Of a stretch of DNA of 64,000 nucleotides, positions 40,701 to 55,700 are shown one piece after another. The DNA lies in the NCBI GenBank assembly GCA_002633005.1, contig NMRA01000195.1, forward strand, positions 656,378-720,377. The letters run 5' to 3'. Under the pieces are notes generated by a model. That model ran no database searches. It saw nothing but the letters and a program-made list of their open reading frames with translations, and was not told the origin of the DNA. This DNA comes from Phoronis australis (lineage: Eukaryota; Animalia; Phoronida). The translations under genes were made by a program, and so were the position numbers. Position 1 is the stretch's first letter. Each line of letters begins with the position of its first letter.

Positions 40701-43700
40701 AACAGGAGCACCATAGCAGATGATTAAGTGGTGACAGCAGTGTTATGTAACACCAATTAGGCTACAATTCAGGGCAATTAGCTTCATTCTAGTGTTCAAA
40801 TCAAACAAACATGCTATATTTCAGGGAGGAATATCTTTATAACTTTTCAAAAGTTACCACAACAACCACTACAAAGGTTAACACTCTTCCTGGTTTTTCC
40901 TTGAATTGATAATTTGTTTGTGAAGAAATGGTTCTAGATTCCAGAAATAACAGCCAATAGGTATTAACTTCACAAACAAGAAGTTAACACAGAGTATGGT
41001 GTCTCAATCCTCATTGGATAGAAAACTGGGAATACCCTAGATATATTTAAACTTAAACCAATAAGTTGCTGCCTTCTATCCCTCCTGAAGGCGTGATCCG
41101 CCTGTGAGATACATTCTTAGATAACGCCTCCAGACGGCATCAGGCCCTGAGTGAAAATAAACAGTCACGCCATAAGGCGGGATCAGGGAGGAATGAGTTA
41201 ACAAAGAGTTTATGGCCCTGGCTGAGAAGATAACTGTCTTATTACTCCCTATGGGTTTTGAATAGCCAAGCCCGGAATGGGTCAGTTATGGACAAATAGC
41301 TCATATTAGTCAAAAGATGGGTACATATTGTACATACTGCATTTTTCTGTATGCTTCCTGAGATAAACTGAAGCAATACCCACATCAGTTGGTCACGACC
41401 TTTGCGCAGGTCTTTCAGCTGAAAGTCGAATGAGTTAAAATTCATCAAAATTGAATAAAACATATTACAACATACAATAATATCATCGTAAAATTTTCAA
41501 TACTGACTTGTCAACACATCCCACCAAACAATGCCAGCAATGAGGTTAAATTAAGTAACTGACTGTAACAGTAAAATCTCAACTGACTACCTTCCCCTTC
41601 ATATAACACTTATGTTAACACTATAGCCTGACCACCTACCTCGTCATAGAACAACAATATTAACATTGTAGCCTGACCATCAACTTGGTAATATAACACT
41701 AGTCTGAATACTCACCTTGTCATATAATGCCATTATGATGTGAGGAAAGCTTGCAAACTGGGAGAGTACGAAGAAAATCAGCTGAGCAGACAGGTGCTGC
41801 CACAGTTGGAGATTGGCTTCACTACTAGCTGCATCGGAATTCTCTTCACACTTCATGACTGTGACAATGAGATGGACGAGCTCTTCCTCAAGAATAATAC
41901 AGCGTGTCTTGGCCTAAGGAACAAGACTTGGTTAATGTGATGTAGGACCTAAGACAACTTTCATTTTCAGCCTACTTTGCATCATCGTACATTTCAGATC
42001 AGATTTATATGAAGCTTTTAGATACTATGGGATGTAAAGCGTCTTTAACTCACTGCAAAACTAGACTTTTAAAAAAGTTTCAACATATTCAGGACCCATT
42101 TGCTTGTGGACGCAAGTAACTATAATGTGGTCAAACTTAAACACTGCTTATAAAGTGAAGCCACCTGATTATTGAGAAATAACATTGTGACTGTCAGGGG
42201 CAACATTTTGTAGACTAAGTCTCTTGTGAGAATAGGGAGATTGTACCAGAAAACACAAAACCATGCTAGTGAAAGACTAGTGCTTTGCGAGTATTCATGG
42301 GAGCTTACTGGCCTATCACTGCAAAACCGAGGTCATTGAATTTATTGGTCGGTTGAATTGCTGCGGTGAATTATGGGATGCAATTCGTTAATTATAGGGA
42401 GAATTGACTGTATCCGTTCCATATTTTGCAAGTGCAAACTAATATCTTGGGGTCTGCAGAACGCAGCCCACTTAACTGTAGTGTAGTCAAACGTCCATGA
42501 ATATGTTGCGTTGAAGTGACTAACTGGGGTTACCTGCTTATTGAGACATAACATGCTGATGACCATGTCCTTGGAGTATGACTGTCTGACAACGTACTTC
42601 AACAGTTCAGTCTGCGGCATCAGTAATTCCTATAAAACGAATTAGGAGACAGTGTTTAATTTTTTAGCTACTCTCTCTATGACAGATCTATGGAGCGGAA
42701 CCCTTTGTTTTGGGTTTCAGTATAACAAGATGACACTCATAATTAGCTATGACAACACCATTTTGCAGAATGGAGTTCATTAATTACTTCACTGGGAACC
42801 TTGGCCACACTTATTTGACTTAAATTAGTTTGAAATTTGCAATGGGACTTTAACAGATTAACGTTGAGGTCACCAAAGAAACAAGTAACAAGGTAACCAC
42901 GTAAACCAATAAACAGATTGTAAATACATAAAGCAAGACAGCTTGTGTCCTACCTCACATGGTGTGTATTATATGTTACCTGCTAATACATGCTTATTGG
43001 TGAAATGCAATGCCCTATTGTGAAAGTTACAAAGAAGGATATAAAAACTGCCATCACATTAACAATTGCAATGTTTTACCAAAATTGTCACAATGCGACT
43101 ATTGTAAGCTGAATAAGAGTTACACTGTACATACATGGTTATAAGGTAGTGGTCCCTGTACAGGAAACCTTAAGTTGTTAGGATTCAGTTTCCAGGTGTT
43201 TGTGATAGTGCTCGAGTAGCCAACCACCGGCCGTAGACTTGTGCGTACAGCACCGGTCACCATCTGTGCAGTTGGACGAAAACTCTGGACAAAGTCTGCC
43301 AGCAACCTTCCAATCGTCTGAAAGCAGAAATTACACCATGACACTTACCACTGACCCTTTTTATGGTTTTTCAAAATGTAGGCAGATCTGAGATGACCCA
43401 AGGGACCCATTTCCATTCCAAACAGAACTAAACAAAATGCAATGACCTTCTTGTTTTTAGCAGCATTTGTGCTCCCACTGAAACATCCTAGATCCGCCTG
43501 GGCAAAATGTTGGCATGTGCAGTGGAAAGGATATATTGAAACACCGTCTTGTACTTCACGAAAATAAAAAACACAGAGAATAAACCTATCTTAAATTACC
43601 ATGCATGACAAATCGCTTGATCAAATAATTTCTCTGTATCAATTTAACGCATTTTTCAGTCAAAGCTGTATATAGTAATTTCTCAAATTAAGAATACGTT

Positions 43701-46700
43701 TTTCCACCCATGTTTTGACATCCGAATTTTGTGATAACTCGTAAAAAATGGAAACTGGTAAAAAAAGTTGAACACAAACTCACCCAATGAGGCCAGGGTT
43801 TGCTGTGTTTTGTAACCTCATTAACTGCAAAGTATCCCGGCAAGAGGCAGGCATTCCTGTCCAGGACAAGCTCCACAACCTGAAACAAAGGAAGATGAAC
43901 GCGTAACAAAGATGGAGAGATGGAAATGGAGATTTAAGCCATGTCTTCACGTTCCAATTGTCATAAATTGCTGCATGTGACAAATTGGACTATGAACACG
44001 TAGATAGGTGTTACAATACACCCTGAAACAAAAATAGGAGAAAAGTACGTGACTCTAGTTTTTGCAATGATGAATCATCTGACTCGTAAGACCGATGCCC
44101 AATAGCAGCTTTTAACATGTGACAGAGTGAAATAACGTGTGTGAAAAGGGCCACGTGGTAGGTCAATAATCACACTCAGTGGTGCCACTCTTCCTAAAAA
44201 GCATCACTCTCACAGTAAATGTTAAGAGATAAGTGTGAATAGCACAGCTGAATCATACACATAGATGTTTGCGGCATAGCACAGCAGCATAGGCAGCTGG
44301 TTTATACACCAACAATAAAGCAGCAGGTTTTGAGAGTTCTCACAACAACACTACACCCTTTGTAGGTAAAAAATGTAATGAAAACCTACTAATCATCACC
44401 TGTTAAACTCTTCCTGGCTTTGTGATTTTTCAGCTTGACAAAGGTCACGCAGCTGAATCTGGAGTCACTGATTAGTGTTACCTTCAATTGTGGAAAAACG
44501 GAACATATCCTCTTTTATAACAACACATGCCCCTTTTCCAGGCTTAGACAGAAGTCTCCTTCCTATTGTTTCCTACTGTTGGAGAAGCGTGCTTTAAACC
44601 AGGTATAGTAAGCAAGACTACTCAAGGTTCACCTGTTTTAGTGCCTTGATCTGTTCACTCGCGTCAGCATCACTAGGAATGGATTGGGCCTTCTCCAGTA
44701 TGTCACGCAGCAAGTCACGACAACCCTGTAGTGTTAACAGACGAAGCAGTAAGTCCATTTACAGAAGGAAAAAATAAGGAGCAGTTCATGTAATATGTAC
44801 TATGAAAATTGTTATGAAAAGTAATGTGTCCAATGAAACCTTGGAAATAGAAGATGATACTGTATATGGTGTCAGCGTGACCATTATGGTTCGTATGAAC
44901 TCAATTTAGAGTTTTACTAAACATGGAATGTAACGGGAGCTTATGAAGTTAAGCTTAGTGTTATTGATTATATACATGAGTGACTAATCATTGTATCACC
45001 CTCTGTTGTTCTATACAGTGGCCATGAAACCCCTTCCGTCACAAAAACCAACTTTTGAGTTAAACCACTTATTGTTATGAAATTGGTCTCAAATTGTTCC
45101 TTTAAGTTAGTCAAAACAGACAGGAGTTCTAAGCTTGGAAAGACGTGACATTTCATTATCGCTTAAAGCATATCTTCAATGGTAACACCTGAAAATTTGG
45201 TTCCCACAGTATGTTAAGTGCATCCCTCTGAGCCCACTAGTGCTATAAATTGTCAAATGCAACGAACTGTTAGGCATATATGCTTGCTTTTGTCTACGTC
45301 ACCTGTTAATTCAAACAGCTGCCAATAACACCCACACTCAATGGTGTTCTATTCAGAACCCAATTCAAAACAACCTTTTGTTGTTTGTGCTGGGATGTCG
45401 CAGTGACGCAATGTGGTGCAAAAAGGCAGCTTCACTTATCAATTGACAGGCTTACATTTGCGTGATTGAACTCGCGTTTTCTTATTTTACTAAGGCTTTG
45501 CTAGGACTATCTGATTAGCCCAATACATTATAACAAAATTCCGTTGAAGTTAGACTTTAAGATCAGAAAATAATTGTGTCTGGTTTGTTTTCTGTACAGT
45601 TTTATTTGTTGAACATGCTCTTGAGGTCTTTGCCATACCAATAGTCACTTCTCAACTCAGTAAGGAATAAGCCGACATCAATTAGCCTAAGGGGTGGTCT
45701 AAATGAAAAGTAAGTTTCTTCAATGGAACGCGTGTTCAGAGCTGGTCCAAGTGATTTCTAAGAGGTAACTAAAGGGAAAATCTCCCGTGACATTTTATTG
45801 TCTTATTCATTAGGTACCTTGTAATCAACACCACCAATGATTTTGTAAAGCACTTTAAATGCCTGGCACCAGACAGGGGCATTTTGGTAGCACAAGATTT
45901 CGCAGTGTAGCAATGCCTCGCTGACCATTCTGGGAAGAAAATGGCAAATGATTAAGAGCAACAATGAGGCACCCTGTCAAATAATAACACGACTGTACAA
46001 AATCATGCAAAGTCAACAAGCATCATATTATATTGGATATTATACAATTACTGACTTTCAGCGAGGTCAATAATGTCAGTTTTCAGACAACAAACATGTT
46101 ATAATGACCGAGAAGAAAGCGAGGTCATTATTGTTTGGGTTTTCAATCACTCGTTCAGTCAGTCAGCAACCAGCTTTTTATCTAAAACGTTAAGAAGAGA
46201 TTTGAAAATACTTCAATTAGGTGCTTGGAATTGACAAACGAACAGTGAGTCATATTTTGCAAAAAGATATCTTATTTTGTGGTCATACAGTCATTTGGGT
46301 AGACAATCAGTGCTAAACAAAGTGCAGCTGTATTCACTGACAACTTGTAAATGGTGAAAATAAAAAATTCTGAAAACTGGTGAACTTTGCACTAATGACA
46401 CACCTTGGGGACTCGCATAGCCTACATCATGCAGTGTTATTCCCCAACACCACATCACAATACTTACTGTACACGGTCGAGTGATTTACAGGGAATCATT
46501 TTCGACACAAAATTCGTTCTTAAAAACATTAAATTTCGTAAACTTTAAGCATCCTTCATATTCTCATCACCGCTCTATGTTGTGCTTCTAATTAATTCGA
46601 CCAGGTAATCACAGAGACAAAGAATAAGCATGCAAGTTCAACTTTAAGGTTATGAAGGTCTTTATTGACTTGTCTGTGAATTTAGCCAATTATCTACAAT

Positions 46701-49700
46701 ACTAAGAGACAGTTTAACTTCAGTTGGTAAAAGTATATATTCTCTGAAAGTAGAAAGCCTGTACAATTTTGACTTTTGACTTTATACAAAACTGCTACTA
46801 AATGGATCATCTGAACACAAATTAGTAAAATTTACAAAAAAGAAAAGTACACCCATATCAAAAACGATATCAATAACATCCAAATTTTATTTTATCTAAA
46901 CGCACAAGATGAAATCTCAAGAACACTGTTATGGTTCTTCTTCTCAATTGTAATTTCGTTTTCATTTGATGCCACTCTTCGTTTTTTGCAAAAGTGAAAT
47001 TTTTTTAAAACAATTCCTAAAAGCAGTTTGGAAAACAGTTCATGGTCTCTGAAAGTTTCATATGGATCAGATCAGCCAAATCTGAAATATGATGTTCCAA
47101 AATTTGCCAAATTTAGCCATTGTCCACGCACTGAAACTAGACTCATATGAATTGAATTTTCCATAAGATATTATTGTATATGCATAGATTCTGAAAAAAA
47201 TTATTGATTAGCGAGAATTAATCATACTTAGAGATTCAAGTTACGTTCAAGAGGTTCTGAAACTAGAAAGCGATTCGTTTCATAAACAATTGACATTGTG
47301 TCGTTGCAAAAGACGTTTAATAATTATATTTCTTTCCATTTGTGTAATAACTGAAAACCTTCTCATCTATTAGTACAAGAGTTTCGCTGTGCAAAATGTA
47401 AAGCATAAGAAGTTCAGAATCACTCACTGAAAAGGAACGTGAAAAAAAACACGGTTGTAAATGATAAAAATGAATAAGCTTTACCACATGAAAAAATATA
47501 ATGCATTTGATAATGGGAATTAAAGCAAAATTCTTTTATTTACAACTTCAAGTTCACTGATCAATATTTTAAAAAAATCTTAAATTAGTTTATTTTTTGT
47601 CTTTACTTCGCAAAGTTTACTCATTCTTGAAATGACTTATTTTAAGAAAAAGATTTTCTAAAATACAGCCAACATGCTTTAAATTTCAAAAAAATTCTTG
47701 TGAAAGGATGTCCAAAACCTCCTCGAAAGTAACCTGCCAATGGCGTTTGGTTGTTAGTGGGTACGCGCCCAATGTGATTGAACACAGCCCTGCCCTCTTT
47801 TAATTTTGACTAGTGGGCAACCCTGTAAACACGATAAAACGTCGCTGACCAAGGGAACACAATCATCTAACAACATTATTGGCCAGGCAAATCACCTGAA
47901 GGCTTCGGCTGTTATGTCACAATAAGGGAATTGAACCCCTGATTGACTCGCCCCCTGCAGGAAGTTACAGGCACTACATCATGTGACACCATTTTACATT
48001 ATTAATTCTCAAAAAAATCCCAATGAAGCAGAATCAGCACTTGACACGTAGCAATTGAAACAATAAATTTCTATTCACAGGGGAGGTAAGATAAAAAGAG
48101 AGAAAAACTGACCTTGCAGAGAGCACGCTGCTTTGGACAGCACGCTCCAGGACATCCAGTAAACTCTTGGAGCGCCGACTGTTGAATTGCGAGAAAACGT
48201 TGTGAACATAATACCGCAGCACCAGCTCCTTAGTTTCTTGCTGTTTATGAAACCAAGCAAAACAAATTATAAGCAACATTCAATACAGCGCCCTAAGTAT
48301 CGACCTACATGCTAGAATGTTTCGTCAATTTTTCCATTGTGCTCAGAAAATTTGACGATGCACCAAAGTTCCCGTTACAAACTTCCACCAGCATTTCCTA
48401 AGTATATCTTTTGGATCCCAATGTATGTACTCCTGCTCAGACTCAATGACAGCTAGGGCAAGATGGGCAGCCACCAGAAGATACCATCAATTTATTGCAC
48501 CCTTAGTTTTAAGAATAAGCTCAATGACTTGAAACTCTGAAGTATTTGTGAGTTCATGCACAGTCGATGACTAAGAATGATATGGAATATGGCACACCCA
48601 AATTAATTAATTCTGTGCACTGATTCTGAACAAATCCAACACCATGGGACAAGCGCAGTATTTTGGCATGATCATGCGACATAAATTTAATATTGTCATC
48701 TCCAAAATTCAAACTAAGTTTTGAAATGTGACCCGGGATTGTGCTCAAGTCTAAAATGTCGACATGGTCAAATTTGGAGCTTAGATGGTTGCAATAAGAG
48801 TACAAACAAGTGTTAACAATCATGGCATTTGATGCATAATACACAACATTTTATCATAAACAACACACAACATGTTAATTACACCATTTTAATTTTGAAA
48901 ATTTCCCACGTGTAAAAAACAATACTTACATCATTCAATCAAATGATGGCTATCAAATTTGTAATATATGTAATAAACACAGTATGCTGCAAAACAGGTC
49001 AATATTACCAAACAGATACTAGTTTTATGATCGACATATGTCCCGGATAATAGATAAATGATACGTGCGTCGCAAGCTCGTTACCAGAGATGAAAGGAGA
49101 TTGATGTAGGCGATATAAGGTCATTAATTATGACTAGTACAATTACAATAAAATAAATACAGGTAAATAAGTATAATAGGTAATCTCTGGTAAGATGGGC
49201 AATAAAAAGCGCCGGCCACGTGAAAGTACGAGAGAATGACGAAAACTGGGAGGAAGAGGGTGGGAAAATTGAATGAGTTTTTGACGTACAACAATGTGGC
49301 CGGAACAAAGTGAATTGAAAGCGAGGTTACAATAACAAAGTAAAACGCCCCTAAAGACACGTGACAATCATCAGCCTATAAGAGCCAAGAGCTGACCAAA
49401 CTCGAGGCACGTGATAACAGCAGACCAATGCGAAGGCTGGAAAAACGTCGTGTAGTCCTGCACAAGGGAATAATGGAATAGACCAAGATGAGGGGGAAAA
49501 GGAGCAAGACGAGTCCATAATATGCTCACATAAATATATTTAACGAGTGAAATACCATTTCCGTAGTGATTAGTGATGATTTCGAGGGTTGGCAAAAACT
49601 GACAATTCAAGCTTGTGCTTGAAGCCTGCTCCAGGTCAAGCAGCTAACATACTGGCCACGGTCTCATGCAACACAAACCTGTTAGTTCTTCACAAGTCCA

Positions 49701-52700
49701 TAATTTAACTCTATTTTGAATAAGGAACCTTTTGAGAACATTGAAATAATGATAAGTAATCTAAATCAAAGGTTATTCTTATAAAAGGCAGGTACACAAA
49801 TTTAAAGCTTTTAGGAATCCTGAATGAGTAACAATTGAAGGAATTACAGTACATTCATGATTGTGATAACAAGACCTGTGTTTGTGCATCCAACAGCTTC
49901 TTCAACAGTTCAAGTTCATAGTTTTTCCTGTATTCATCTTCTGTGTTCTTCACTATCAGACCACAGAACACTTCCTCTATAGCATCAGGATACTGAAAAG
50001 AATGGAGGTCTGTTAGAGCACAGCAGTGTCAAGAGAAAATGGTAGTTGCATGCCGGTGATAACATGGATTCTAGTAATTATTGACGTGAAAATGAAATAA
50101 AATTAACATCAATGCCCATAATTTTGAAACGTCTCAAATTTCCCCTAACCAGTGCATGTGTGAACTTCAATATCATAGCCAATCAATNCATTATTACCAA
50201 ACAGATACTAGACAGTTTTCCGTAGTGATTAGTGGTGATTTCGAGGGTTGGCAAAAACTGACAATTCAAGCTGGTGCTTGAAGCCTGCTCCAGATCAAGC
50301 AGCTAACATACTGGCCACGGTCTCATGCAACACAAACCTGTTAGTTCTTCACAAGTCCATAATTTAACTCTATTTTGAATAAGGAACCTAGTTTTGAGAA
50401 CATTGAAATAATGATAAGTAATCTAAATCAAAGGTTATTCTTATAAAAGGCAGGTACACAAATTTAAAGCTTTTAGGAATCCTGAATGAGTAACAATTGA
50501 AGGAATTACAGTACATTCATGATTGTGATAACAAGACCTGTGTTTGTGCATCCAACAGCTTCTTCAACAGTTCAAGTTCATAGTTTTTCCTGTATTCATC
50601 TTCTGTGTTCTTCACTATCAGACCACAGAACACTTCCTCTATAGCATCAGGATACTGAAAAGAATGGAGGTCTGTTAGAGCACAGCAGTGTCAAGAGAAA
50701 ATGGTAGTTGCATGCCGGTGATAACATGGATTCTAGTAATTATTGATGTGAAAATGAAATAAAATTAACATCAATGCCCATAATTTTGAAACGTCTCAAA
50801 TTTCCCCTAACCAGTGCATGTGTGAACTTCAATATCATAGCCAATCAATGTCTCTAGTTTGAAAGACACAAGTTGATGCATGACTGAAGAACATGGGCAG
50901 ATGATGCTCACATTTCAAAGCAAAATTTAAGGTATGAAAATATCAAAGACATTTCAATTGACTCACAATACATCTTATTGGTCAGATCTTACATTCGTAT
51001 ATTTTTGCAGTCTCAAATTTTCCCCGTATGACTTAAAGCCTAACTTCAACGGAATTTGTTATTTTAGATTTATTGGGCTTAGCAGATAGTCCCATCAAAG
51101 CCTTAATGAAATTAGAAAACGTGAGTTCAATCACGCAAATGTAAGCCAGTCAAATGATAAGTGAAGCTGCCTTTTTGTGCCATGTTGCGTCACTGTGAGA
51201 TCCCAGCGCAAACAACAAAAGGTTGATAACAGTTGTATTGAACTGAGGTCTGAATAGAACACCATTGCGTGCGGCTGTTATTAGCAGCTTATTGAATTAA
51301 AAGGTGATTATGGTGGTGAAGTAGACAAAAGCAAGCCAATACGCCTAACAGTTCATTACATTTCGCAATTTATGGCACTAGTGAGCTCAGAGCAATGCTC
51401 TTAACATACTGTAGGAACCAAATTTACAGGTGTTACTGTTCAAGGTAGGCTTTAAGTCCACACGTGCAGATCTATAACGTCTAAATCTGAGACTACGAAA
51501 ATACCCAAGGTGTTATGAATGTTCTGTCTCAATCTTCACTAATCTGGTGCACCCATGAACTGCGTAGCCTCAGATTTCTCCACGGAGGTGATCGTTATCT
51601 GCCCAAGGACGAATTTCAGTCAAACGGCATTAGTCACATGACTTGAGATGTTTAGAATGCGATATGGCACTTCAAAAACAACAATAGTTCTCAGGATGCT
51701 CTTTATTTTCAGCTGATTTACTGAAGAAGTAAATGCTCAAAATCAGCAATATATAAAGTCTGTATATTGCAATTTTTTGGAATAAAAACATGAAGAATAT
51801 TAGGGCAAACCCATAATCATTTCAGCCGTAAATCCAGGATTTTGTCCAGGGGGTTTGACAAAGTGCAAACATAGACAACGCTTAAGATTCCTCCATTACA
51901 ATACTGTAATAACAATGACTGAGCAGTGTGGGGTCCAGATCCCTGCACCCCTGCTGTGTCACAGAAAAGTTACACTTTTGTCTAGCAAATATGTTTCCTA
52001 GTGCATGTACAAGTTTTCTCTTCATTCAATAATGTGCTGGAGACCCATCAATCTCCAGCAAATTCTGGAATCTGGCTAAGGACATGAAAAGAATCTCAAC
52101 CGGAGCAGGACCTGCACCTCAACTTATCCAGGGACCTAATGGTAAGACGCTTGCTACAGACCAGGAAAAAGGCGAAGCCTTCCTTCTAAGATACCAGAAC
52201 CAACTGCAGCCAGATGGCCCTGACATTGTCCAGCAAGCATTTCACACCGTGAACCAGCATCTCGAGGAGAATGATCAAAACAATGAGCAACCACTCTCAC
52301 TTGAAGAACTAGATGCAACCCTACGTTCGATAAGTAAAGACTCGGCTCCTGGGCCGGATGGAGTTAAATACTCTAACCTGAAAAGCATGAGCCCAGAGAA
52401 GAGCCAGCTCCTTCAGATCATAAACAGTTCACTTGTTGATGGAACCATGGACCAGGACCTTACAGACTGTAACATGGTGGTTCTTCCAAAGCCGATGAAA
52501 GACCATAGCTGAAGGGATACAGAATCATCACCATGGCGAACACCTGGGCAAAAATTACGGAAAAAATTGTAGCGCAGCGACTAGCATATGACCTAGAGAG
52601 ACGTGGCTGTCTATCACCGAGAGTTGGAGGAGCTAAACCAAGAAGAACCACCGTCTCCAACATTGAAGCGATACTGCACGAAATTCAGCAGGGAATGCAG

Positions 52701-55700
52701 GTTTCGCAACACACTGCAATTGCTCTTCTTGATCTGGAAGACGCCTGCAACAAAGTGGATGTGGGTATTCTTGCCAACAAACTCAGACAAATGAAGGTGT
52801 TCGATATGATGATCTGTTGGATTCTAGTCTTGCTGGATACCCGCAGATGTCACCTCAAATTCGGCAAGTGGAAGTCAGGCATCTTTGGAGCAAGCTCAGG
52901 CCTCCCACAAGGGTCCCCTCTCAGCTCAGTGCTCTTTAACGTCTATACGGCAGATCTCATACAAGCAGCAAGTGTAGGTGGAGCTTCACCATACAGCTAT
53001 GTTGATGACTTGATAGTCGCCAATGAAGCGAACACTCCAAGACATGCCGTGGAGGGCGTGCAATCAGCAAGTGATGGTGTGGCCAATTGGACCAAAGAAA
53101 ACAAGATGTCCATCCAACCAGATAAAGGGGAAAGGATGTTACCCTCACAAGGTTATTTCAACCCAAACATGTTCACCCCAGGATATATGGGAGCCTTGAT
53201 ACCTCAAGTCGCTGAAGTTAACTATCTAGGAATTAAGATGGATCGAAAAATGACGATGAACTCCCATGTCGAATTCCTAGTTGAGAAATGTGCCAAGAGC
53301 CTGTCACTGTTGAGATATGAAGCAGCCCAGCAGATCCAACAAAAGAGCCTGGTGCAGCTCATGAATGCAACTGTCGGTGCAAGAACTGAGTATGGGCTCC
53401 ATCTGTACCTATGTACCTCCCAACAGTCAATGACCAAACTACAGAGGATTCAAAACCAGGCCATGAGGATAGTAACCAGTGCAGCTAGACCCACTCTGGT
53501 AGACAGTCTCCAATGCTGGTTAGGTATCAATAGCATCCGTACTAAACAGAAGACACTAGCAGCCCAAGCATTTCTAAAGGCAGCTACAACAAACTCTCAT
53601 CCTCTGTACCTGGACTTGAGAGAGCATAGTGATGAGCACGCTGCACAGAGGCTGAAAACTGTTCAATCATGGGTTATCGGAGCTAGGGAGCTTGTATGTC
53701 CAGTGGAGAACATCAACAGCATAGAGTGGTCCAAAGCCACAAACATGGTCATCAACACCCTGGAGATTGGAGGCCGTCATTGGCGGGAAAGAGCTGACTG
53801 TATCAACCAAGCAACTGTATCGGAATGGCTATCTCCCACAATCATTGTTGCAAAGGACGGCTCACTAAGAGGTGACACTACAGCTTGGGCAGCAGTTGCT
53901 TGGACTCGCGAGGGTCAACGCCTCTTCGAATGGTCAACAGCACGGGCTGGAAAATCCTCGTCTTTTAGAGCTGAATGTGAAGCATATGAAGACGCCCAGC
54001 CCCTAGTCTGGCTCTCACAGAACACCTGCAGACAGATCATTTCTACTTACAGACTCCCTCAGCCTCATTAGCAGGCTAAAAACTGGTCATGTGAAAGATT
54101 CCTGGATCTCTCTGTTCATCTCTACTAATGGTCTTTTCACCAGTGTTTATATACCAGGGCACTGTGGCATCTCATTCAACGTCAAGGCGGATGAGCTTGC
54201 AGGCATCGCAGAACCGATTGCCGACCTGCTCCTCACACCAGCAGATATAATCTCCGGAGTGCGTGAATCGCTTACAGATGCCGAGATTGTACAACAGCAG
54301 GAGAGATGGGCAACAAAGCGCCTCATAGAGCGAGGATGGTAATACGGAGATGCAGCAAGAACTCGTATCAGGGGAAAAGATCGAAGAGTGTGTAACCAGC
54401 ACAGACTTGGTTGCATCTCCAAATTTACATTGCGTGCGAAACTGGAAGGAGGAGGGCCAGAGACTATCCCGGTGCCTAACCTCTGACGTCAACACAGAAA
54501 CAGAATAAGGTGAGAAAAGCTTTCAGTAATTGTCAGTGTCATTTATCGCAGTGATTTGTTTTTGCATCACGTGAAAATATAAAAAACCTTACGAACATCT
54601 GACTATGACCTAGCTCCGATTCAGATTAACTTGATTATTATGAGTCAGCCACGTCCAAGAAAAAACACCACTACAAAATCAATTGTGAGGTGAGAAAGGC
54701 CTGAAATAAAAAAATCAACTATTTGTAATGAGCGTGCTCCGGTGCATGTATGGTGGTGACGCCAGTTTAAGCTAACATCATATCATGAGAGTTTAGAATC
54801 TCTGTTCAGCAGCACTTCAGTCACGGAGTTGCAGCAAAGTCTACTAGTACGTTTTCCTGCTGCGTTGATGTCTTGAGATTGTGTACATATTTTGTGTGTA
54901 GCAGAGCGTGGTTGTTTAGAGTACCTTCTACTTCTGATAGTGTTTCAAATATATATATGTATATGTATATGTATATGTATATATAACTCTACGGAATCTT
55001 GCTTGTCTAGCCTGGCACAGTACTTAGCTGTGTTAATTGAGATCACTGTAATTCTTCTGAGGGTTCTGGAAAGAAGCTGATACAATTCTACAGGTAAGTT
55101 ATTCTAATATGAGACAGGCCCTCCCTAAGCTGTCGCCTCTCGAGACTGGCAGAGGAGTGACCTCCCCATAACACACACATTGAATTTAATAGCGTTATGT
55201 TTTCAATTTCATTGTTGAAACGAAGAATGATTTGAAAAAATTTATCGCGGAAGTATTTGACTAAGTTTGATGGATTTAAATACTCTCAACTGCCTTTAAA
55301 GGTGACCATCTACACATAAAAAAGGTAAAGAAACTTTGACAGATTAGTGAGGACTCAGTGAAATTTGCAGAAAATCATCCGGCAAGCAGACTTGATTCTG
55401 TCATATAATTTAGTATTAGCCTAGCACTACTGGCACACAATGAATTTATGGATATGACTCATTTACTTAACTGTACCATTTTCCTAAAGCAGTAACTTAG
55501 GGAACTTTTACTTTTATTGGGAAACTTTTTCTATCAGGGAAACTTATTTACAGTGGCATGACATCCTCTAAATACATTACTGGACAGATGCAGGGCTATC
55601 TCAGATTACACAGCGATAGAACTCTCCTATCTGGGAGGCAAGAAAGCGATATGTTTTAATTAACTGTCATTTTGGAGTTTCAGACACATCTTCACAGGTC

